This document shows positions 26,875 through 39,701 of a DNA stretch of 64,000 bases, one piece after another. Every line of letters begins with the position of its first letter. Position 1 is the first letter of the stretch. Below the pieces are notes generated by a model. It saw only the letters and a program-made list of their open reading frames with translations. It had not been told where the DNA came from and did no database searches. The stretch lies in assembly GCF_006345805.1 (NCBI RefSeq), contig NC_042998.1, forward strand, positions 55,118,001 through 55,182,000, given 5' to 3'. Made by a program: the position numbers and the translations under genes. This DNA is from Octopus sinensis (lineage: Eukaryota).

Positions 26875-27305
26875 TTTTTATGCCTAGTACTTATCCTATC
26901 GGTCTGTTTGGCTGAACTGTTAAGTTACAGGGATGTAAGCACACCTACATTGGTTGTAATATATATATATATATATATGTGTATGTGTGTGTGTGTATAT
27001 ATATATATAGACACACACACACACACACACACACAACAAGCTTCTTTCAGTTTCTGTTTATCAGATCCACTCACAAGGCTTCGGTTAGCACAAGGCTATA
27101 TTAAAAGACCCTTGCCCAAAGTGCCATCCATTGGGACTGAACCTAGAACCATGTAGTTAGGAAACAAGCTTACACACAGTGGGTTTCTTTCAGTTTCCAT
27201 CTACCAAATTTACTCACAAGGCTTTTAGTCAACACAGGGTGTAGTAAAATAAAACTTGCTCAAGAATCCATACTGCGAAGTGAACTTCTTACCACACAGC
27301 CACAC
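26875..27305 (-). mobile_element. SINE family B copy with duplicated head segment
   Basis: Tail, microsatellite, then two successive gcttctttcagttt head halves. Confidence 0.75.
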
Positions 27306-28044
27306 CTGGGCCTAAGTGATGATAATGATTTAATGAAAAATGAAAAATGAAAAAAAGAAATTATGAATAACTGGAAACTTTTATGGGTGTAACAAATTAA
27401 AGTCACCTAAACATCAAGTTTTCAGCAACACACACACAAACTCATATATAAACATACACATGCATGCACGAGCATGTTCATGAATCTCAACACAAATTTC
27501 TTGTCTATTTAATAACGAGACATTGTAATAGAAGTGTTATCATATATGCTATTGATTTCCATGACATATTTAAAATTTCTACCCTGGAAATGATACAGGA
27601 AGACATATCTATACACACAGAGATTCTCCCTGAAGCCAAGAAACCAAATCAGTGTCAATTGGCAATATATAATGTTGAAGCTTTTATATTTCTGTTCCAT
27701 TAAATTATACTAAAATATATCATCGCACTCAGAAACTGTAACTGAGTAAACCTTATTCTAAGACTTTATATTGAGTTAGCTATTGTAATTCATTTTCAAT
27801 ATTCTTCTTCTCCATTCAGCAATTATTACTTCTTCTGCCTTCTCCCAATCCCGTTCCTTCTTGTTATTGTTCTGTTTCTGTAACCACAATTTTATTTTTC
27901 ATGCCTTCGTTTCCTATTATTTTTGTTCTCATATTTCATTTTCTTTCCTGATTGATAATTTCTTGCCTGATTCAAGCTGTTTTATATGTTTGTTGTAATG
28001 GTGCATATTTATGGGTGAGTCATTTCAAATATCTCAATGAATAG

Positions 28045-28210
28045 GTGGAGGCATGGCAGTGTGGTAAGAAGCCTGCTTCCCAGCTACATCATTCCAGGTT
28101 CGTCTCACAGTGTGGCACCTTGGGCAAGTGTCTTGTATTATAGCCTCAGGCAGACCAAAGCTTGTGACAGGATTTGGTTGACAGAAACTGAAAGAAGACC
28201 ATTATATATA

Positions 28211-28240
<30 letters not shown>
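28045..28240 (+). mobile_element. SINE family B head plus microsatellite
   Basis: ggcatggcagtgtggtaagaagc ... gaaactgaaagaagacc then (TG)n(TA)n. Confidence 0.75.
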
Positions 28241-28248
<8 letters not shown>

Positions 28249-28970
28249 CGTCTATTTCAGCGTCGCCTCATTTTGCATATTCTGTATAATTCATTAGTTA
28301 CCGTTATAGATATTTAAGATCTCCCTTACAGGGTTGATCGAAATGGCCGCCGATTCTTCGCAGGGTGGCCACTTTCTCTCTTTCCTTCTCTCCCCCTCTT
28401 TCACATTGTTTGGACTCCTCTTCCTACTCCTCTCCATGGCTATGCATTCTTAAGCTAGTAACCTGCCTCATTCTTGATTTCGAATTCCTTTTGCCGAGTC
28501 TGTCCGTAAACGAAGTGATCCCAAGATAAGAAATCTTTGAACTTTAATTCATCCCGTATCTCTACCAGTAATATTTTCATGCAAAATTGTCTGACCTCTA
28601 GTTGTTAATCGGTTTATTACTCATTATGTGCCGATAATTTCTCTATTTCTCCACCGTCCCCCCTAAATATCCCTTTATTATTATGTGCTGCGATAATTTG
28701 GCCCGTCCAACCCTCGCGTATTCGCGGCGCGCCCGCCCTACCCGACCCCACCACCAATACCGGATATTTCTATATTTTTGCTCCATCTATACCGGATGTC
28801 GTTTCTCCCACCACCATTATAGGTGTCTACTCTTCGAACCCCCCTCTTCAATACGCTATTTCACCATACATTACCCCTCTCGTGATATCCTACGTTCTAC
28901 TTGTCTAGAACCTGTCATCGTTTCTCCGAGCACCCCTCCCCACTGGTGCTCCCCTATATTCCTGCACCTC

Positions 28971-29274
28971 TCCACATAAAAAGCACCATCCGAACGTGGC
29001 CGATGCCAGCACCGCCCCGACTGGCTTCTGTGCAGGTGGCACATAAAAAGCACCAACCGACCGTGGCCGATGCCAGACCCCTCTGGCACCTGTGCAGGTG
29101 GCACGTAAAATGCACCCACTACACTCGCGGAGTGGTTGGCGTTAGGAAGGGCATCCAGCTGTAGAAACACTGCCAGACCAGACTGGAGCCTGGGGCAGCC
29201 CCTGGCTCCCCAGACCCCGGTCGAACCCGTCCAACCCGTGCTAGCGCGGAAAACGGATGTTAAACGATGATGAT
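28971..29274 (+). mobile_element. Repeat family D (RTE-type 3' tail ending in (GAT)n) with internal tandem aaaaagcacc units
   Basis: gtggttggcgttaggaagggcatccagctgtagaaac ... aaaacggatgttaaacgatgatgat; homologues near 7815(+), 16055(-), 17150(+), 18630(+), 19235(-), 32005(+), 46700(+), 60790(+). Confidence 0.8.
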
Positions 29275-29333
29275 GTGTGTGTGTGTATGTATATATGTAT
29301 GTGTCTATGTATGTATATATATATATGTGTGTG

Positions 29334-29388
<55 letters not shown>

Positions 29389-29779
29389 GTGGTGTGTATA
29401 TATATGTATATATATGTGTGTGTGTGTGTATATATATGTATACATATATGTGTGTGTATGTATATATATGTATACATGTGTGTGTGTGTATGTATATATA
29501 TGTATACATATGTGTGTGTGTATGTATATATATGTATACATGTGTGTGTGTGTGTATGTATATATATGTATACATGTGTGTGTGTGTGTATGTATATATA
29601 TGTATACATATATGTGTGTGTATGTATATATATGTATATATATATATGTGGTGTGTGTGTGTGTATATATATGTATATATATATATGGTGTGTGTGTGTA
29701 TGTATATATATGTATATGTGTATATATATATGTATATATATATATATATCTCCATATGTATATATATCTTTATGCATAT
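29275..29779. repeat. About 500-nt compound (TA)/(TG) satellite with a higher-order ~30-nt unit
   Basis: Recurrent tatatatgtataca(tatg)tgtgtgtgtatg unit. Confidence 0.9.
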
Positions 29780-31138
29780 ATCATCATCATCATCGTTTAA
29801 CGTCCGTTCTCCATGCTAGCATGGGTTGTATATATATAAATTTATATAAATAAGGATAAGATCATTATTTAAAATACCGATCATATCAAGTGGCTAGCTT
29901 GGGAATAAAAACCTCATAGGTAATAATTATTATAAAATTATAATTAAGGGTATCTAAAAGATACCATCATGCTAGATATAGCAGTCAAAACTTGGCACTA
30001 AAACCACATCAAATATTCATACAGCACCAGGAGAGAAGACAAAGAGGCAAAATAAGTCATCCATATCTTAGTAGTTTGACAAAAAGAGACAGATTAAGTA
30101 CTAGGCTTACAAAGAATAAGTCCCAGGAATGACTTTATTTACATAAATATTGCAACCATGTTGTATCTTCTTTCTATGAATGTTTGCTACCTAATCCTTC
30201 AGATTAGCAATATAATCTCTTCTTTTGTCAGTGATTTCATCAATCTATGCAAATGTGTATTTTTTCTTTTTTTTTGTTCAGGTACAAAATAAAAACCTAT
30301 TTTATTGTGCATGAACCAAAAAAATATGTTCAGGCACTCAAAACAAATTTTTGCAATATAAGAACACTTATAATGTAGATACAAGAAAATTTGTTTACGT
30401 TCAATTTTGTTTTGGCCAATGTTTATATATTTATATATATATTTCTTCAGCTTTCAATATTTCTGTAGAATTTCCTTGCCTATGTTGCACTACAGTAAAA
30501 TCTTTTTACTACCATTTGCCTTAGCCATGTTCATAATTTAGGATTTGGTATGTGAGAAATTTAAAAGTTAGTATATTACCAGAAACCAGTGTTAAAGGGG
30601 AAGGAACAGAATAAAAAGTTTTTAATGAATCCTCCATTTACATCAGTAAACTAATTTATTATTTTGCCTGTGTACAGTAACAATGATTAAGAATCTTATA
30701 TTGATTGAATGGTATTTTGACCAACCAAAATCTAAGTTCTAAATTTTGATTACTGAAAAGAAATCTAATAGAAAGGCAGCTGGATAGATAGTGAGTTTTG
30801 TGATGTGAGAAATGCAGGGCTGTGAATGCATGTAATAAATGTATTCTCAGCTGGAAGAGCAGCTACAAATTCTCTAAATGTATCTTTGCCAAGAATTTGA
30901 AACAATTTACCTGCATGATGCTTTGTTTTGTAAAGTTCCTGGAGTGAGTAGCAAGTTATATAGTTCTGAGATGTGCTTACATTGTTATATACTGGAGCTG
31001 TATTTAGATGCCTACAAAAGGATTTATTAAGAATTATTACCCTATCACAGTTGTATCATACCAAACATTATTACACACTACACTAATAATAAATAGCTGG
31101 AGTTATACACTAAGAGATTAAAAACTAGTAAACTTTAA

Positions 31139-31339
31139 TCCTATAGCGTTAAATATATTCTATCTGTTTTATGCTCAAACCAACTGGCCCTGGCCTCTCA
31201 CACCATCTCTATAATGTCATTTTAAAACTAAACAATTACATCCTTGGAATCTTGAAGTTCCAAGATAATGCAAGATTAATTCAAAACAATGTGAATGAAT
31301 AAGCATTACGTTTGATAGAGTAATCTGAATGCTGAAGGG
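31139..31339. mobile_element. piggyBac-type MITE, second family (opposite orientation to 11275)
   Basis: TTAA|TCCTATAGCG ... GAATGCTGAAGGG|TTAA; shared interior gattaattcaaaacaatgtgaat. Confidence 0.7.
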
Positions 31340-31469
31340 TTAATGGTGCCCTATGACAATTTTAGGCTCAGTTGTAGAATGGAATGCACACAATTTACCA
31401 TTTTTATTTTTCTTTAGTCTAATTGTTAAGTTTTAAACACGTTTTTCAAGAATTGACCAATCATCATTA

Positions 31470-31526
31470 TCGTCTTCTTCTTCTTCTTCTTCTTCTTCTT
31501 CTTTTCTTCTTCTTCTTCTTCTTCTT

Positions 31527-31557
<31 letters not shown>

Positions 31558-31566
31558 TTATTATTA

Positions 31567-31634
<68 letters not shown>

Positions 31635-31635
31635 T
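31470..31635. repeat. Compound trinucleotide microsatellite (CTT)n-(ATT)n-(ACT)n
   Basis: Directly visible. Confidence 0.95.
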
Positions 31636-34533
31636 ACTGTCTTCTTGAAGGTAGTAAGATTAGCTTATCTGCTGTTCCCTTCACTTATTTAAGATTGTTG
31701 CAGTGTTGTGTCAAAATTTTTTCTTGTATCATTAATCTATGCTTCCATATGTGCATAGACCTTTCGAGGAGTATCTGATGCTACATTTTGAACTGATCAA
31801 TTACATCTGTACTCACAAACATCAGAACTTGTGGTTGGTATAGTTGTTGTTGTAATTGTTTGGCTCCGAAATCAACTCTGATCAACAGATCCTCTATCAA
31901 AGACATTTTAATTGCACCTTGAACAAGTGTCTTCCAATGTAGCCCTGGACCAACAATGGCCTTGTGTGTGGATTTGAATTTGGTAAACAGAAACTGAAAG
32001 AAACTGTGTGTGTGATGGTATCTCCTTGTTTTGACATTGCATGACTGTTGTAAACAAGTGCCACTGTCATACAAGTGGTGTCTTTCATTTCCAATCTTCA
32101 GTGTAAAAAGCATTTCCAACTATGGGGAAACGTTACCTTAGAAACAGGTGGTAGTTGGTGACAGGAAGGGCATCCACAGAAAATGTCTCAACAAATTCCA
32201 TCCAACCTCTGTGTGGGTGCATGGGTAAGTAGACATTAAAACAATGATTTCTAACAATGACCAACCCATACTTTTACTCAGGTATCATGTACCTAGGACT
32301 TCGTTATTCATTTTGTCCTCTACTTTTCAAGGTGGTTCTGTGTAATTTGAGGATGATTTGACTACTATTTCTCAGAGCTTCGGTGACCACATTGAAACTT
32401 CCACATTAGCTTGTATTATTGTTTCTATAGTTTGTTCATTTTATATGGATCATAACTCGCCTTTTATAAGTATGCCATTAAGATAGGTGGTAGATTGAGA
32501 AATGTAAATCAAATGTTGCTTTTCTGTTTGGAAATAGAACTTAGCAAATGGAACATCTATTTTAATATCTTATTTAACCTTAGGACAAGATCATATCGTA
32601 AAACTATGATAAGTAATAACTAGATGACTCTTCTGATTGTAATTTTCTGTGCTCCCTTTGTTTTTGGAGCATCATTTAGTACGAAACCTCTCTATCAAAT
32701 TGAATTATATTAAAAGTAGATGTGAGCATAGATTGCGTAGAGTTGTAATGCTAAATATCTGAAGAGGATGTTTCATTAGGGAATGCAGTCCAATGAAATA
32801 AAAATAGTTGTTAGATTACAGTTTTAATGGCATACCTATCAGAAAAATGTTGTCATGGAAATTACTTAGATGAAGTTGCTGTATGGAGAGAGATTCGGGC
32901 TTCAGATTTTTGCCTTCTGTTTACTTGAAATATTCTGTGGTTGTATAATTACAAATGACATATCATTTGGGGTTGTCTAATTTTAGTAAATAAAAGCCCT
33001 TTTAGCAAAAGCACTCTATTCTATTAGTCTATATTTTGAGATAGACAGGTTAGGAAAGGCTGCTCAAGCTTAGATATATTCACACTGCAGCCTTATCAGA
33101 GAAAGAAAAAAAGAAAAAGTTGGCAGAAGTTATTCTAACTCCTCTTTTACTGTCAGTTCCATTTTACTTTTCACTGTACTTTTCAATAAGTAAAAACACC
33201 CTTATAACTACTTTAAGGAAAATGTGAAAAATTACTATTTATTCCAAACATTTTCAATCTTCCTCCGCATTGTGGGTTTTTTTTCTTTCTTTTTTTATTC
33301 ATTTTTCCATGTTGGTAAGGATTGGACTAAACTCTTTGCAACCTGTGTATTACAGCTGGCTGCCCCTTCTGATGCCAACAATTTTAGTCACCTCTTCAAA
33401 CACAAGGAGACAGTGTATTTATTCTAAAAACTAGGATTTACACACTGCAACTGGGAAGTGTTTACAGTACCAAGCCCTCTCAAACAGTCCCTCATCTAAA
33501 TCTAAACCCAAATGTTGTTTAACATTAGTGATCAGATGAGAAGTTTCTCATGGTATCTTCTTTTATCGTTTATTTATTTCAATCACTGAACTGCACCCTT
33601 ACTGAGATGCTGCCCTAAAGGGTTTTGGTCAAACAAATCAACCATAGTACTTAACTTTTTTAAGTCCAGCAATTATTCTATCAGTCTCTATTGCCAAACT
33701 GCTAAGCTATCATGATCTACACAAACCAACACCATTTGTCAAGCAGTTGGTTTATGAGGCGGAGTGGGGACAACAAACACACACACACACACACACACAT
33801 GAAAGACTTCTGCATAGTTTCCACCTACCAGTTTCACTTTGAAAACTTCATGCATTTTTCAAAAACAAATTCTTCAGTTCTACTTTTACTTCAGTTTGTC
33901 AGCTACAGGTTACTTTAGCTCTTTTCAAACATCACATTCTATCTTAAAAACCATTTCTCTTCTCTTAAAATGTGTTTGAGTGCTTTCAGAAATTTTCCAT
34001 TTCTGGTGCTTCTTTCACTGGAAAAAATTTTGGGGATTAACAGATTACCAGCTGTATCACTGAGCAGATGGGAGCTTCCTCATTCACTTGACATGTTAGA
34101 AATAGCAGCCAAATATTTCTTAAGTCACACACACAAGGAAGAAGAACATATGAGCTACACAACTTCTGAGAAAAGAAAACAAAAGGTTGAGTGGGGATTT
34201 TTACAGCTAGAACATCATAGATTTTAAGTCTGATTAATTTTTACTGTATTCCAATTTCAAGTCTGTTCAGTACTTATTGTAGCAGGTTGTTATCTCCCTT
34301 ATCTTACCTGTTTCATTGTCAGGTAAAAGTGTGTTCAATTATTAACACAACACTATAATGTTAGTAGGGAAATAGAAACTCACAACACTTCGTGTAGAGA
34401 AGCCAGTATCTTATGATTATCTATTTTTACACTAAACGTTGTATTACAGGAATGGATGAAACAAAATTAATTACTCATCTAATTAATACAATATTTAATC
34501 AATTTATTCATGCACTATATCACTATCTGTGTG

Positions 34534-34574
<41 letters not shown>

Positions 34575-35010
34575 TATCTTTTACTTGTTTCAGTCATTAG
34601 ACTGTAGCCATGCTGGAGTAGCCCTTTGAAGAATTTTTAGCCAGATGATTTGACACCCAGGACTTTTTTTTAATGCTTGATACATATTCTATCAGTGTCT
34701 TTTGCCAAACCATTAAGTTATGGGGATGTAAACTCACCAACACCAGTTGTTAGGCAGTGGTGTGGGGGGACAACAGATACACACACACACGTAGATATAT
34801 ATATGTGTGTGTGTGTGTATATATATATATATACACACACACACATACATGAAACTTTTTTCAGTTTCCATATACCAAATCCACTCACAAGGATTCAGTT
34901 GTATCAAGGCTATAGTAGAAGACATTTGCCCAAAGTTCCACACACCGGGACTGAATCCAGAACCATGTGGTTGTGAAGCAAGCTTCTTGCCACACAGCCA
35001 CACCTGTGCC
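34575..35010 (-). mobile_element. SINE family B copy
   Basis: Full reverse-complement copy. Confidence 0.8.
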
Positions 35011-35258
35011 TCTGTTTCTGTCTGTTTCTCTCTATTTATGTTTATCTATAAATGTATAATACATACATTTTATTGTGCACATTACACATTGTGTAAATGT
35101 GTAAAGAGACTTGAATCAATGATTAACTGAAGTACTTATCCATGCTGCGATTAGATGGAAAACATTTAAGAATATTTAAAATCTAAAAGCCGTAAACAAA
35201 GCAGATAACTCTAATAAAATCATAGACTAGATTTCTAGAAAAATATAGATTGTATAGC

Positions 35259-35295
<37 letters not shown>

Positions 35296-35604
35296 TTGAA
35301 ATTTGCCTCCTGAAATCTGTCACCATCAAAATCTTCATGGACTTTTTGTTATGTAGCTGCTATAAATAGACAGGTTTTATTCACTTGAAATAAATAAATA
35401 ATATTTAAGTATATATATTTTTTAAAAATTCAAATATCAGAAAGTACATTGAGTATTGAAAGACAATGAAAGCAGAAAGTAGATGGTACTTTTAAAGAAT
35501 ATTTTTCTTCTTTTTTTTTTTTTTGCATTACTGAAATACTAATTATTTCTGTAGTTAATAGTAACAAATAGAAAACAGATAACACAATTTTTTTTCATTT
35601 TTTG

Positions 35605-35960
35605 TTTTTTTACTTGTTTCAGTCATTTGACTGTGGCCTTACTGGGGTACTATCTTGAGGAGTTTTTAGTCAAACAGATCAAACTGAGGGCTTATTTTTT
35701 AAAGCCCTGTACTTATTCTATTGATCTCTTTTGCTGACTTGCTAGGTTACAGAGATGTAAACACATAGGGGATATAAACACAGAGAGAAAGACACATAAA
35801 TACACACGCACAAACACATACATATACAATAGGCTTCTTTCAGTTTCTGTCAACTAAATACACTCACAGAGCTTTGGTTGGCCTAAGGCTATAGTAGAAG
35901 GCATTTGCCCAGGGTGCCACACAGTGGGACAGAATGTGAAAACCATGTTATTTGGGAAGA
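35605..35960 (-). mobile_element. SINE family B copy
   Basis: Reverse-complement copy starting ttttacttgtttcagtcatttgactg. Confidence 0.8.
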
Positions 35961-36076
35961 TGCTGTTGACATTGCCTTTCATTTTCTAAAGGTGTGTGGT
36001 TCAATTAAGTTGCATACCATTAAAGTATTTGGTACTAATGGTGCTCTGTCCAACACTAGTAATAGATTGTAGATAA

Positions 36077-36294
36077 CCATTTAGCATGTCAACTGGTCAC
36101 ATCTGACCCAAATATTCTACTTGTTTTATGTTCAAACCAGCCAGATCCAGCTTCTCACACCTGCTCTACAATGTTATTCTAAAAACACACAGTAACGTCA
36201 TGAAAATCTTGAAGCTATGAGATAATACATGATTAATTCAAAACCATGTGAATTAATAAGCATAACATTTGACAGTAATTTGAATGCTAGAGGT
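36077..36294. mobile_element. piggyBac-type MITE, second family
   Basis: ccatttagcat ... gaatgctagagg-tttaa; interior homologous to the 31139 copy. Confidence 0.65.
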
Positions 36295-36849
36295 TTAAAG
36301 GGTTACTTTACTTAAAATAGTTTGCAATATTTAGTGTTGTGTAAGGTGGTGGGCCAGGCAGAATTGTTAGCATTTTGTCTGTCTTTTACATTCTGAGTTC
36401 AAATTCCACCAAGGTTGACCTTACCTTTCATTCTTTCATTGATAAAATAAATACTAGCTGAGCACTGGGGTGTAAGTAATCAACTTACCCGCTCTACCAA
36501 AGTTAGTATTCAATTTTACAGTTCTTGATGTTCTGAGTTCAAATCCAGCCAATGTTCACTTTGTCTTTCATTCTTTTGGGCTTGATAAAACAAAGTATCA
36601 TTCACAAATAGGATGCATTACAGGAACTAGGGCCAATTTATATCCCAATAATACAACCTAGACGTGAATGGAATTACACTTTTCATTCCCATATCTCCCT
36701 ATTTCTCTCTCTACATTTTATTCTCGACTCCATTAATTATTTATTTGGCTGCATCTTTATCATCATCAATGTCATTATCATCATCATCGTCATCATTCAC
36801 GCAGTGATACTAAGTTCTTTTTGATCACTACCAATTCTTAATTAATTTT

Positions 36850-37262
36850 ATCTTTTACTTGTTTCTGTCATTTTGACTGCAGCGATGCTGAGGCACCTCT
36901 TTGACCCCACCTTAGTTTTTTTTTTTTTAAGCCAGGTACCTATTCTATTGATCTCTTATGCTGAACTGCTAAGTTACAGGGATGTAAACACAGCAGCACC
37001 AGTTGTCAAGTGTTGGTGATGGTGGGGGACAAACACAGACACACACATACACATATGTGTATATATATTTATATACATACATATATACATATTTATATAT
37101 ATACATACATACACAGCAGGCTTCTTTTGGTTTCCATCTACCAAATCCACTTACAAGCCTTTTGGTCTGTCCAAGACTATAGAAAATACTTGTCCAAGAT
37201 GCCACACAGTGAGACTGAACTTGGAACCATGTGGTTGGGAAGCAAGTTTCTTACCACACACC
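36850..37262 (-). mobile_element. SINE family B copy
   Basis: Full reverse-complement copy. Confidence 0.8.
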
Positions 37263-38595
37263 TACTATTTTGATTTCAATTATTATGCAAATTTGGGCAT
37301 TTTATTTGATTTTCTAAAGAACCAATAAATATTTGTTGAGATTTTTTTTTAAACACTAATAACTCAATCATGAAGTAAATGAATGTAATTTTTACCTCTC
37401 TTTTTTTTTCTAGAAATTAGATTTGGTAAGATAAGTATTTTAAATACAATTTAAAAGAAAGTATATGTTTGTTGATCAAAGCAAGAACACAATCCTTTTA
37501 CCAGGACTTTGAATCCATGAACTCTAGAACAAGTATCTAACACTTTAACCATTACTTCACATCATCTCATAAAATTCCATCTTTAGAAATGATGCAAATT
37601 TATATGTCATCTCCCTCCCAAAAGCTAAGCTGAACAAATTGGTTTTAGTAAGATGTGATGTAAATGTAATTATTTTTCTTTTTAGTATTAATTGGAAATG
37701 GGTAGGATTCTAGCTAGAAGGCTTATAGATTAAAGAAATCTGATTTATCTCTTCCTTGAAATGCTGCCAGACTTGTGGTAATTGAAACATATACAAGTAA
37801 TGCATGTTCTAAAAAAAAAAATAGGAAAATTTACCAAAGACAAAAAGAAAATCAAAGCAAACATGTTATGTAGAATTAAGGACAAATTTACAATTGTGGT
37901 GCTTCAATGAAGTTGAGCATGGCTAGTTGAAAACTTTCAGACATCATTTTTTTTTTTAATATTATTTTTTGGAAGAGATAAGAAAAAGAAAGTCAAAATA
38001 TTGCTTTGAACAAATTCCTAGCTGAAAGGGATTATATAGATTGGGATACCAAATATAATGGCTGTACTATGTAGTTAATATTCTTTTCATTGATCTGAGT
38101 CAAGATAAGATTATTTCTTCTACAACCGATGCTTCTCAATGAATTTTTTTTATTTTGTTAGCCATTTATTTTCATTTTTTTTCTTCCTCCTAACATTTTT
38201 GTTTTTAAATGTATGTTTGCTATCTTCTCAGTTATTCTATGAAACATTTATTTTTGAGACACTTGGGAACCATTATCATTATCTGGATTATTTTGGTGTG
38301 GTTTGTACATGCATTCATTTCATTTTGTAAAAGGTTTGACTTTAGTCAAAAGAGAGATTTGATTTTGTTTCTCTGGATTCTAATCAAATTAATTGGTTTA
38401 CTATCTATTACATTCTAAAATCCTTAAATATTATTCTTCGTAAAATTTTCATACAAAGAACTGTGATTAGAGAAAGAAATAATAATATTCAATTCCTCAG
38501 AACATCTTGTAAGTTTTATAAACTATTTTTCTTCAACACTTGTTTTATTCTTTTGCAAGGATGGAAAAACTGTTCTGCTCAACAATAATTCTAGG

Positions 38596-39701
38596 CTGTG
38601 GTTCTCAAACTTTTTTGCTCATGACCTACTTGTGAACTCAGCATTATACCTTTGGCTTTCTCATAGATGTTATTAGTTGTAAAAAAAAAAAATTGTATTT
38701 TATCTTTCCATTGTTTATTAATTGAAGCTGAATTATGAAAAATATAATCAAGCATTTGAAACAACTATACAAAAATAATTATTTCTATGCAGATAAAAGA
38801 ACATATTTGTAAAAATTCTCTAAAGACAAATGTGCATTAGAGTGCATAAGCTATAAATTTAATAAAAATTACTCCTCATAATAACTTAAAGGAGCAAATA
38901 TTAACTTTAATAATGTGTACTTTATTTACAAAAAAGCCATAAAAACTTAAAATATATTCTAACTTCTATTGTTGCATTATTCTGCTTTCTAGTTGTTTCT
39001 AAATATTTCAATAAGAATTGCTAATTGTTAGTGTTTCTGTGTGATTGTCTTCATCTTAAGTCTGAGTTGTTGGATATTACACAATAGTATATTATTTTAA
39101 TGTTCTATATATATATATGTGTGTAGAGTATATATTTTTTCCATGCCTATTATCTCTGAAGACAACGTGGTGTTGTTTAACCATGCCGTTATCTAATATC
39201 TAAGCATTTAATATCCAGTATGAAACTAGTTAGAAAGATTGATTGAAATAGATCTATAATACTGTATAATAATATAAATAATATATAAATATATGCATAT
39301 ATACAAACAAATATGTACATAGCTACATATATATGTATATATACATGCATATATGGGTACAGGACATCAAAAAATGTTGAACACAATGGGAAACAAAAGC
39401 ATAAAATCAAAAACAGAGAAAACAAACTTTTTTTTTCGAACAACGAAAAAAACAGAGAAATGAGACATGCAACTCCACATTTTGAAGGTAAGGACAAATA
39501 CTGTATACTGTATAATACTGTATAGTTTGATTAATATATATGTATATATATATACATACACACACATACTGTTGATATTAGTACATAGAGTGAAATATGG
39601 GAACATGACCATATGTGTAGCAGTTAAATTTTTAACTCCCAAATCTCCCAATTTTTACTAGACCTATTGTGGTCCACAGAGCTTTCATTTGAGAATCACT
39701 G
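38596..39701. mobile_element. hAT-type non-autonomous element with nested microsatellites and a family-E fragment
   Basis: Ends CTGTGGTTCTCAAAC / TTTGAGAATCACTG resemble hAT TIRs; flanks attctagg / gcttagac are only a degenerate 8-bp TSD. Confidence 0.6.

Noticed and set aside
28971-29120. Regularly repeated aaaaagcacc units with variable spacers, superficially CRISPR-like
   Set aside because: Internal tandem subrepeats of family D, also seen at 46700; spacers are mutually homologous, context is eukaryotic and no cas genes are present
28871-29853. Long overlapping ORFs up to 294 aa (YIYT/VCVY-rich)
   Set aside because: Translations of (TA)/(TG) satellite that lacks stop codons; the same applies to ORFs near 7355, 31423, 40695, 53741, 54472, 55003-55608 and 60376
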